34,655 nt of DNA. It comes from an archaeon BMS3Abin16. Lineage in GTDB: Archaea > Hydrothermarchaeota > Hydrothermarchaeia > Hydrothermarchaeales > SZUA-236. Under the pieces are notes generated by a model. It did no database searches. It was not told the DNA's origin and saw nothing but the letters and a program-made list of their open reading frames with translations. The stretch is from positions 1 to 34,655 of the forward strand of contig BDTI01000150.1 of the NCBI GenBank assembly GCA_002923215.1. Reading direction: 5' to 3'. The position numbers and the translations under genes were made by a program. Shown here piece after piece: positions 28,136 through 34,655 of the stretch. Numbering within the stretch: the stretch's first letter is position 1; the number at the start of each line of letters is the position of its first letter.

Positions 28136-28289
28136 GAGAGGATAAGTCTAACGTAGTCAACTTTATGGAAATCACACTTATATAGCTTGTTATAGGTGTT
28201 TTCGAAACTTGGGCAGAGGGTTTGCGCAGGGGGTAGGAGGGGTGTTTCTTGTAAAGTTTTAAGTACTTCCATTTTCAGATAAAGAGCTT

Positions 28290-29153
28290 ATGATAGTTAT
28301 AGGTGGTGGCTCGTCACAAATGCTTGCGCGGGAGGTTGCTGGGGCGCTTGGCTGTGAGCTGGGCAGTGCTGTGATAAAGCGGTTTCCGGACGGCGAGAAA
28401 TATGTGAAGGTTGAGAGTAAGGTTGAAGGTGAGGATGTAGTTGTTGTTCAGTCTACATCGCGGCCGCAGGATGAAAATCTGATTGAGCTTTTTCTCATGC
28501 TTGACGCCCTGTCCGATCAGTGGGCGGATGTGACCGCTGTACTACCTTATTATGGCTATGGCAGACAAGACAAATCCTTTGCGGTGGGCGAGGCTGTTGC
28601 TGCTCGAACAATCGCTAAACACATTGAAGTCTCCGCCCGCAGATTCATCACAATCAACCCTCATAAAGAATATATCCTCGATTATTTCAAGATCCCCTCG
28701 GTCTCGGTTGATGCTTCAAGTTTGATCGGTGAATACTTCAAAAAGCGGGATTTGAACCAGCTTGTTGTGGTCGCGCCGGACGCAGGGTCGCGTGATATGG
28801 CCCAGCGTGTTGCCGACTCTCTGGGATGTGAGTGCGCGAACTGTGAGAAAAAACGCCTTGGACCAGGCAAGGTCATTACATCAGCAGATAACATCAGCCT
28901 CAGTGGAAACGACGTCTTGATAGTTGACGACATCATCGACTCAGGCGGAACCATCGTTGAATCGGCAAAGGCTCTTCGAAACCGTGGAGCCGGAAACATC
29001 TACGTTGCATGCGTGCATCCTGTGTTCACAGGGGCGGCGAGCGAGCGCATCAGCAAGATTGCAGACGAACTCGTGGCAACAAACACGATCCAGACAGAGT
29101 ACAGCAAAATCTCAGTGGCCGGGCTGATTGCGGATGCGATTAGAAAAAGATGA
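28290..29153 (+). CDS. prs: Ribose-phosphate pyrophosphokinase
   Basis: RFPDGE, YYGYGRQDK, VVAPDAGS and the PRPP loop VDDIIDSGGT. Confidence 0.9.
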   Translation: MIVIGGGSSQMLAREVAGALGCELGSAVIKRFPDGEKYVKVESKVEGEDVVVVQSTSRPQDENLIELFLMLDALSDQWADVTAVLPYYGYGRQDKSFAVGEAVAARTIAKHIEVSARRFITINPHKEYILDYFKIPSVSVDASSLIGEYFKKRDLNQLVVVAPDAGSRDMAQRVADSLGCECANCEKKRLGPGKVITSADNISLSGNDVLIVDDIIDSGGTIVESAKALRNRGAGNIYVACVHPVFTGAASERISKIADELVATNTIQTEYSKISVAGLIADAIRKR

Positions 29154-29246
29154 TCTGCCAGATATTATACGGCGGCGATATAAATAAGTCCTAGGGATGG
29201 GAGAAGCAAGGGAGTTAAAAAGTGGAAAAATATTGGAGGTTTTTAG

Positions 29247-29849
29247 ATGGGCAATATGGAAGAGTTTCTTAGAGCAATGCAACGCAATACAGATGCTAAA
29301 AAAGACGAATATGGTTCCGAAGCTCTGAACAAGTTTGATAAGAGTCAGTTTGAAAGGAACCTAAATGAACTTCTCAAAGAGATAAACCAGATTCAGGACG
29401 AGGATGCAATGTCTCACCTTCTTGAGAGGCTGTCTTTTCGCCTAAATAAATTTAAGATGTTTGATAAGAGTCTTCAGATAATAAATAAAATTTCAGAAAA
29501 GGAAAGAAAGGAATGGGCATATGTGGAAATTGCAACATCTTTTGCCAGCATCGGCAGATATAACGAAGCTGTTAAATTAATGAAAAAGGCTGGTTCCTCT
29601 CATCACCAATGGCCCCGGATTATCAAATACGCTATTGAATTGCAGGATTTCGATGCTGCTGAAGAAATAGCAAAGAACATAGATTCCCTAGACGAGCAAA
29701 GCAGACAGCTAAAGACAATTCGAGCACATAAAAACCGATACTGTCCGCTTATTAAAGACGATGATGAACTCTTCGTTGTTGTTTCCAATGAACTAGCTAA
29801 AAATCTCAGGCTAAGAAACGGCGATAAAGCAACCATCAGGATATTGTAA
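29247..29849 (+). CDS. Hypothetical protein: helical (TPR-like) repeats plus a C-terminal AbrB/SpoVT-like beta-barrel motif
   Basis: 200-aa ORF in AT-rich DNA, with GGAGG 7 nt upstream of the ATG. The C-terminus DELFVVVSNELAKNLRLRNGDKATIRIL resembles the swapped-hairpin (AbrB/VAT-N type) pattern ..IP.e....l.l..GD.v.i. Confidence 0.35.
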   Translation: MGNMEEFLRAMQRNTDAKKDEYGSEALNKFDKSQFERNLNELLKEINQIQDEDAMSHLLERLSFRLNKFKMFDKSLQIINKISEKERKEWAYVEIATSFASIGRYNEAVKLMKKAGSSHHQWPRIIKYAIELQDFDAAEEIAKNIDSLDEQSRQLKTIRAHKNRYCPLIKDDDELFVVVSNELAKNLRLRNGDKATIRIL

Positions 29850-29886
29850 AGATTTTCAATGAAGTTGTTTAAAGGGAGATGATGAA

Positions 29887-30840
29887 TTGACAAAGACATT
29901 AGAAGAAATTCTCACGGGAGTAATATTGTGTGATGGACAGGGTTATAATAAGAAATGTATGTTCCTAGAAAGGGGGAAGGATGGGAAACCGAAAAAGGGT
30001 AAAGATGGAAAAACGAAACGAACCCTTGATCCATCTGAGTTAAAGAATAAACATGACGGAGAATATAAAGACGAAAAAGATAATTCGGTTGGACTTAAAG
30101 AGTCAGATGTTGAGGATAGGTATCATGTTTATTCTACTGGTAATATGAAACCAGATTTCATGTTTATTATGGAAACGCCGGGAAAAAAAGAGAGTTACAA
30201 GAAAAAGAACAACGAGAATGAATTTGATAAATATGTCAGCAATGGTAAACTGATAAATCATGACAATCTTGAGGGATATGCAAAATTAAGGCAGAAGAAT
30301 TTTCTCAAATGGATATTAAAGCCGTCCGATAAAGACAATATTAAAGACAATATAATTGGCATTGTCAACCAAGAATTACTTGATAATCAAATTACACTAA
30401 ACTTAAAGGATAGACAGCCAGAAAAGAAAACGTTTGAATTTTTTGACTATGTTCATGTGACAGACGTGCGAAAATGTGCAGACGGAAAAACGAGTATATG
30501 CTTCAAGAAGTTTTTGAAAAAAGAAATTGAAATTTTGAATCCAAAACTCATATTTTGCTTTGGTGGTGAGGCGTGGAATCAAATATTTAAGGGATATGAA
30601 TCAGTAATTAGAAACGAAAAATGTAATGACGAAAAAATTAAAGAAATTGAAAAAGGAGGCAAAATCACCAAAATTTCTGACGTTCACGGCTATCTTTTCA
30701 AATTTAAAATTAAAGATGATGCAGATTCGATTTATATCCTTCCTTGCATCCATTTTAGCGGCACTGCACGCAATTCAGCACCCAGAAACAGTTACATAGA
30801 TTATTTCAAAAAAGGGTTAACAGAATATAGGGGAAAATAG
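29887..30840 (+). CDS. Divergent uracil-DNA-glycosylase superfamily protein (UDG-like 1)
   Basis: TTG start with GGGAG 8 nt upstream. FMFIMETPGKKE aligns to family-4 motif A (hhhhGE[AG]PG..E, here with G->M). HVTDVRKC aligns to the T-N-x-x-K-C segment. LIFCFGGEAW follows, and LPCIHFSG aligns to motif B (HPS-like). There is a Lys-rich N-terminal insert. Confidence 0.5.
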   Translation: MTKTLEEILTGVILCDGQGYNKKCMFLERGKDGKPKKGKDGKTKRTLDPSELKNKHDGEYKDEKDNSVGLKESDVEDRYHVYSTGNMKPDFMFIMETPGKKESYKKKNNENEFDKYVSNGKLINHDNLEGYAKLRQKNFLKWILKPSDKDNIKDNIIGIVNQELLDNQITLNLKDRQPEKKTFEFFDYVHVTDVRKCADGKTSICFKKFLKKEIEILNPKLIFCFGGEAWNQIFKGYESVIRNEKCNDEKIKEIEKGGKITKISDVHGYLFKFKIKDDADSIYILPCIHFSGTARNSAPRNSYIDYFKKGLTEYRGK

Positions 30841-30846
30841 GAAAAA

Positions 30847-30869
30847 TGACCTCTCTAACCTTCTATGGC
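30847..30869 (+). repeat. Direct repeat copy A, a gene 5' fragment (MTSLTFYGGVGYFN*)
   Basis: ATGACCTCTCTAACCTTCTATGG is identical over 23/23 nt to 33794-33816. It starts 6 nt after the UDG-like 1 stop. As an ORF it terminates after 14 codons. Confidence 0.9.
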
Positions 30870-30933
30870 GGTGTCGGCTATTTCAATTAACTTTTTATAC
30901 GGCATTAACATCAACATATATGTAGGTGATAGC

Positions 30934-31128
30934 ATGTATGTTCGAACCACTATAAAGCTAAGGGAAGACATATATCAGCGCCTCAAAAAAGAGGTTGGAG
31001 CGCGGGGGATGTCTGAAAAAATAAATAAAATACTTGAAGAGACCCTTATCAAGAAGAAGAAAACCCTTTATGGGACCATGCCAAAAGTTGATACAGGCGA
31101 TTTGAGGGACCACGAAGACCGGATGTGA
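30934..31128 (+). CDS. vapB: Ribbon-helix-helix antitoxin (VapB-type)
   Basis: ATG 30934 has AGGTG 5 nt upstream. MYVRTTIKLREDIYQRLKKE is an RHH beta-strand plus helix. The stop is 1 nt before the vapC ATG. Confidence 0.7.
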   Translation: MYVRTTIKLREDIYQRLKKEVGARGMSEKINKILEETLIKKKKTLYGTMPKVDTGDLRDHEDRM

Positions 31129-31129
31129 A

Positions 31130-31516
31130 ATGATGTTTATCGACTCCTTCGCATGGATTGAATATTTTATGGGCACGGAGAGGGGGAGAAAAGTAAAAAA
31201 AATAATCGAAGGCAATGTAATCACATATACATCGCCAACAGTTATTGCAGAGATCTTCTCAAAGTCGGTTAGAACCGACGGCCAGGATAAAGCCAGGGAG
31301 AGAGTGGATTTCATCGTTGACCGATGCGTGCTCATCCAAACAGACGAAAACATTGCTGTTGAAGCTGGAAGATTACACGGGGAGATGAAGCCGAAGATCA
31401 AGGATTTCGGGCTGGCCGACGCCTTTATCCTCGCATCGGCACGGAGCAAAGGAGCCAAAGTGGTGACTGGAGACCCCCATTTCAAAGACCTAGATGATAC
31501 AGTGTTTTTAGATTGA
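31130..31516 (+). CDS. vapC: PIN-domain toxin (VapC)
   Basis: FIDS (first acidic residue), AEIF, LADAFILASA and VVTGDPHF give the four conserved PIN acidic positions in order. Confidence 0.8.
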   Translation: MMFIDSFAWIEYFMGTERGRKVKKIIEGNVITYTSPTVIAEIFSKSVRTDGQDKARERVDFIVDRCVLIQTDENIAVEAGRLHGEMKPKIKDFGLADAFILASARSKGAKVVTGDPHFKDLDDTVFLD

Positions 31517-31562
31517 CCAAAATGACGAATGGATAAGCATGCGCCCCCGATATAACGTGGTT

Positions 31563-32246
31563 TTAGAGACAATTCTCTTTCTTAACAATCTGCATAAGCT
31601 CGCCGAGGTCATCAATCTCGTAATCTGCCCCAGAATCTATGCCCCCCTTCTTAGCCCCATATCTTGCAAAGGCAGTCTTCATGCCAAGGCTTTTGGCTCC
31701 TTGGATGTCTCTCTCTGGCCAGTCCCCGACCATGAGAACCTCTGAGGGTGCAAACCCCAGCTCTTTCAGTGCCTTTTCGAAGGGAAGCCCCTCGGCTTTG
31801 GTCTTACCGGTGTCCTCAAAGGCCACTACAACATCAAAGATGTGATGAAGCTTAAGGGGGCACAATCTTATTCAGGCCTGCAGCCGCGGGGCATCACTGA
31901 CCACGCCCAGCTTGATCCCAATCTTGGACAGCTTGGTGAGTGTCGGAGTGACATGAGGAAAAGGCTCCAGGTAGGCCAGTTTGGTCTTCCTGTAGACAGC
32001 TATGGCATTGCCCAGGATCTTATAATCAATACACCCCAGGACTTCTTTGAGGAAGTCATCAAAGATGTGCTGGTATTCTATACCGCGTCTCTCATAGAGC
32101 TCGTAGAGCTTTCTGATGGCATCATCCCGCTCCATATCGAGGCCTGCATCTATCATGGCGTCCACAGCAGCCTCCACGCTCATCCGCTTCATTTTGCCGA
32201 AATCTATGAGGGTGTTATCTAGGTCGAAGAGCACCCCTTTTATCAT
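31563..32246 (-). pseudogene. HAD-superfamily hydrolase interrupted by an in-frame TGA
   Basis: Motif I FDLDNTL, motif II GVVSDA, then ...PRLQA-TGA-IRLCPLKLHHIFDVVV... in the same frame (stop at 31872-31874). Motifs III/IV KTKAEG and MVGDWPERDI follow. Start is taken as MIKGVLFDLD at 32246. Confidence 0.75.
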
Positions 32247-32333
32247 CAAGTAGAATAGTGTCATCAGAAGGTAAATAGTTTTTCGAACCCTGTCCTCACA
32301 AAAATAAAATACTAGGAACCTCAACGGGTCTTC

Positions 32334-32369
32334 ATGGCGGCGCTCACCTTCTACGGAGGCGAGAGATAA
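32334..32369 (+). repeat. Degenerate copy B of the gene 5' fragment (MAALTFYGGER*)
   Basis: ATGGCGGCGCTCACCTTCTACGGAGGC matches copy A at 19 of 27 nt. The differences in the LTFYGG codons are synonymous third-position changes (CTA/CTC, TAT/TAC, GGC/GGA, GGT/GGC). It lies in the divergent promoter region of the HAD gene. Confidence 0.7.
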
Positions 32370-32402
32370 ATAAGATATAGGTGGGAGAGAAAGGAGTTAG
32401 CA

Positions 32403-33791
32403 ATGTTTAAGCATGAATGTGAGATGTATCCACTCGTGAAGGACTTTTTGATTAAGAAACAAGAATGTAATGAAGAAAAAACGGGGTATACCTCTGAAAA
32501 AAAATGTTTAACTGATGAGGGGAAAACCCTGTCTTTGGCGCTTTTCGGGAGAAGTATTGAACCGGATGTTTACGGTATCGATGACACTAAAGGTATAATC
32601 TATCTTGCAGAAGGTAAAATTACCCACGAAGGTAGATCTTTTGATGAGGCGATTGTTCAGGGTGTGACTTACCAAAGGTTCTCCCACTATGTTTATGTCT
32701 TCTTTCCAATAATAGAGGATGCGGATATTCTAAAACATCTAAAAGAGCTGTGTGAAGAATATGGCTTAGGACTTCTGTTAATAGATTACCAGCGACAGGT
32801 CGAGGAAATAGTTACTCCAAAACTTTCAAAATTTTACGGAGGGAATAACTGGTCTATTACTCGTGATAACATCAAAACAGCAGAAGAAAAAATAACAAGA
32901 TTATTATTGTTAGGTGGAGTGGGAAAAATAGGGCAGGTTCATTTGCCCATTTTAAGGGACATCTGCTATCTACTGGGCGAAAAAGTAAGTTGGAATAATG
33001 AAGAGACGTTTATTATTTTTTTAAGGAAGCATACGTTATTAGATAAATATCGGAGTCAAGGACTAAATGGGAAAGAAAGTAGTCTGAATTTACATGATGG
33101 GAGTGTTAAAAATCCATTGTTATTAAAGAAGATTAAATCGCGTAACAATTCTTCTAGAGGTGCTACTGTTGAAGAGGTATCGGACACCTTTAAAAAATTA
33201 ATCACGGAGACTCTTAACACGTTAGAATATCTTGGCTTGCTAAAAAGAGATAAAGAATCGATGAATCTAACTCCCCAAGGAATTAACTTCAGAAACGTTA
33301 TTAGAGGTGATAATAAGCAGAATCTATACAGAAAAGAAGTTGTCGACACAATTCAGAGAACATTTATTTCTATTCTGCTGGCCAAGGAAGAAGTTGAAGA
33401 AGAAATCCGGAAGATGTGTGAGATAATCAAAAGTGTAGAGCCACAACCGAGATTTAGATTTTGGTGCGATAAATGCGATTATAAAAAAGACTGGACAGTG
33501 AAAAAACTAGAAAAGGAAAAGTTATTAAATATTTACAAAAAATATGGAGAAATACATTGCCCGATATGCAATAATAAAAAGGTTCCTCAGCCGTATAACT
33601 TATTAATGGCGGCTAAGGATTTGGAAAACACTTATCGTTTGGAAGTTTTGCTGGAAGAAACAAAAATAATCGAAAAAGCACGGTCTTTTGACCAGCTTCC
33701 GCCTGAAATGAAGAGAAAATTTAGAATTAATGATCCAAAGCGAACCACTTACTGGTATCTTGGAAAAAACGCCCCTTATTTATCCGAGTAA
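32403..33791 (+). CDS. PD-(D/E)xK nuclease-like / winged-helix / zinc-ribbon protein
   Basis: GGAG lies 7 nt upstream of the ATG. The N-terminus has IEPDVYGIDDTKGIIYLAEGK (D...ExK spacing typical of restriction-endonuclease-fold proteins) followed by QGVTYQ. Mid-protein, LNTLEYLGLLKRDKESMNLTPQG looks wHTH-like. The C-terminus has CDKC-x26-CPIC. Confidence 0.5.
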   Translation: MFKHECEMYPLVKDFLIKKQECNEEKTGYTSEKKCLTDEGKTLSLALFGRSIEPDVYGIDDTKGIIYLAEGKITHEGRSFDEAIVQGVTYQRFSHYVYVFFPIIEDADILKHLKELCEEYGLGLLLIDYQRQVEEIVTPKLSKFYGGNNWSITRDNIKTAEEKITRLLLLGGVGKIGQVHLPILRDICYLLGEKVSWNNEETFIIFLRKHTLLDKYRSQGLNGKESSLNLHDGSVKNPLLLKKIKSRNNSSRGATVEEVSDTFKKLITETLNTLEYLGLLKRDKESMNLTPQGINFRNVIRGDNKQNLYRKEVVDTIQRTFISILLAKEEVEEEIRKMCEIIKSVEPQPRFRFWCDKCDYKKDWTVKKLEKEKLLNIYKKYGEIHCPICNNKKVPQPYNLLMAAKDLENTYRLEVLLEETKIIEKARSFDQLPPEMKRKFRINDPKRTTYWYLGKNAPYLSE

Positions 33792-33793
33792 TC

Positions 33794-33816
33794 ATGACCT
33801 CTCTAACCTTCTATGG
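33794..33816 (+). repeat. Direct repeat copy C, which forms the first 8 codons of UDG-like 2
   Basis: 23/23 nt identical to 30847-30869 and 2947 bp downstream of it. It starts 2 nt after the stop of ORF 32403-33791. Confidence 0.9.
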
Positions 33817-34655
33817 TGTTGACAAAATTAAAGCAGTTTACAGTTGCGTTAAGTGCGAAGAGTGTAAATTACGAGATAAGAATAGTAATGTAGATTTTGC
33901 ATTTTATAATAAAAACTGTGACCAGAAGCTAATGCTTGTCCTTCAAAACCCAGGAATTGAAAAAGGAACTAAAAAAGAGCTAAGGGCGTTAGAGCATGAT
34001 CTTATAGCTGCTGCTGATTTTCAAACGCTATTAGAGTTACATATGTATGGAATGGCTCGATGGCTTTTTATAAATAATAAAGAATTTTCCAGAGAATTTT
34101 TTAAGATATTAAAAAAACCCTTCACCGAAGAATATTTTTTTGGGAGCTATGGTTTATTAGAACTTAAGGATATAGTCAACGACCCTAGTAAAATTGATAA
34201 AATTAAAGGATTTATTAGCCAGCTCTTCGATGATTTTTATATAACTGATTTAGTAAAATGCAGAACCGAAACTCAGAGCTTAAAATGGAACAAAAAGTGC
34301 AATCATCTTAAAAATTGTTACGATCAGTTTTTAAAATATGAGTTAGAAGCTGTACAGCCAGATGTAATTTTTGTCTTCGGCACTAGGGCTTGGAAGCACT
34401 TCTTTTATGAAACGAAATCTAATAATCCTTTAATGATAATAAATCCGAGTCCAACCAAACCCGATAATATTGAAAAATATCGGAATGTGTCAAAAGCTCA
34501 TGGAATTTTATTTGAAAGTGGCCTTTTTGAAGAGAAAAAAATATGGATTATCCCATTAGGCCACTTCAGCCAAGCTATTTACAATTTTTACTTAAGGGAT
34601 AGTTATCACTGTTATCTAAAGAAGGCCGTGTCTAAACTAAAAAAAGTTGGAGTTG
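33794..34655 (+). CDS. Divergent uracil-DNA-glycosylase superfamily protein (UDG-like 2), 3' end outside the window
   Basis: My own translation is open for 287 codons to the window edge. The ORF is absent from the supplied track, presumably because it has no stop. N-terminal CVKCEECKL (family-4-like Cys cluster), LMLVLQNPGIEKG (N-P-G as in MUG/SMUG motif A), YITDLVKCR, VIFVFGTRAW and IPLGHFSQ (motif B-like). It is collinear with UDG-like 1. Confidence 0.55.
   Translation, partial: MTSLTFYGVDKIKAVYSCVKCEECKLRDKNSNVDFAFYNKNCDQKLMLVLQNPGIEKGTKKELRALEHDLIAAADFQTLLELHMYGMARWLFINNKEFSREFFKILKKPFTEEYFFGSYGLLELKDIVNDPSKIDKIKGFISQLFDDFYITDLVKCRTETQSLKWNKKCNHLKNCYDQFLKYELEAVQPDVIFVFGTRAWKHFFYETKSNNPLMIINPSPTKPDNIEKYRNVSKAHGILFESGLFEEKKIWIIPLGHFSQAIYNFYLRDSYHCYLKKAVSKLKKVGV

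Noticed and set aside
30865-30933. N-terminal extension of the vapB ORF as listed (MAVSAISINFLYG...)
   Set aside because: It starts inside repeat copy A in another frame and has no RBS. The RHH domain begins at ATG 30934, which has an AGGTG RBS.
30958-31572. 204-aa ORF on the minus strand
   Set aside because: It is antisense to the vapB and vapC genes, which have clear RHH and PIN signatures and tight coupling. It is a shadow ORF.
31872-31874. In-frame TGA read as selenocysteine or programmed readthrough
   Set aside because: The position aligns with a likely Trp in a HAD cap region, which is not a redox-active site. No SECIS-like structure was noticed. A TGG-to-TGA mutation or a sequencing error is more parsimonious.
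32247-32324. N-terminal extension of the HAD ORF (MRFLVFYFCEDRV...)
   Set aside because: HAD motif I (FDLDNTL) must lie within the first ~10 residues. MIKGVLFDLD at 32246 fits, and the extension runs into the divergent promoter region.
1-34655. tRNA, rRNA, CRISPR, integrase or transposase genes
   Set aside because: Scanning by eye for T-loop-like GGTTCGAATCC-type motifs, long structured GC-rich non-coding stretches, spaced repeats, and integrase or transposase-like ORFs found nothing convincing. TTCGAA-containing hits at ~16366 and ~27315 lie inside well-supported CDSs and lack acceptor-stem pairing.

Overview
This window looks like archaeal chromosome, probably a Methanosarcinales-like methanogen. 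Supporting genes are membrane-bound LonB, archaeal-type PGK, three geranylgeranyl-reductase paralogs, a NOG1-type GTPase and RNase HII. Many genes also have TATA boxes about 25 nt upstream of their start codons and 4-nt start/stop overlaps. Hand spot counts put GC near 50%.

Most of the window (1-29.15 kb) is housekeeping. It contains:
- a GTPase and a large membrane protein with a degenerate KaiC/RecA-like domain;
- a tandem geranylgeranyl reductase (GGR) pair and a third GGR;
- a PAS-GAF histidine kinase;
- a response regulator-pgk-minD cluster;
- a chorismate mutase-prephenate dehydratase-YkgJ-GT2 operon;
- RNase HII;
- a ugd-galU-UDP-xylose synthase-HD operon;
- tldD/pmbA, lonB and prs.

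Three genes are disrupted, each by a lesion visible in the sequence:
- the histidine kinase, by a 4-nt tandem duplication;
- a bacterial-type alpha-carbonic anhydrase, by a G-run length change;
- a HAD hydrolase, by an in-frame TGA.

These could be real gene decay or assembly error, so read-level checking is needed.

The most interesting part is the right-hand mosaic region (29.2-34.66 kb, running off the window). It holds two strongly AT-rich modules. Each pairs a divergent uracil-DNA-glycosylase (UDG) superfamily protein with an uncharacterised partner: a helical-repeat/AbrB-like protein in one, and a PD-(D/E)xK nuclease-wHTH-Zn-ribbon protein in the other. The modules are separated by vapBC and the HAD pseudogene. 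The segments are bounded by three copies of one short gene 5' fragment (M-[TA]-[SA]-LTFYGG), two of which are 23/23 nt identical. The second UDG-like ORF (33794 to the window end) is absent from the supplied ORF track because it has no stop codon in the window. I propose these modules as a candidate glycosylase-based defence or mobile-element system.

Other unlisted features are two paralogous ~37-40 aa membrane-peptide ORFs, a 46-aa Cys-rich ORF, and a 21-bp in-frame tandem repeat that encodes a heptad array. I found no tRNA, rRNA, CRISPR array, integrase or transposase.
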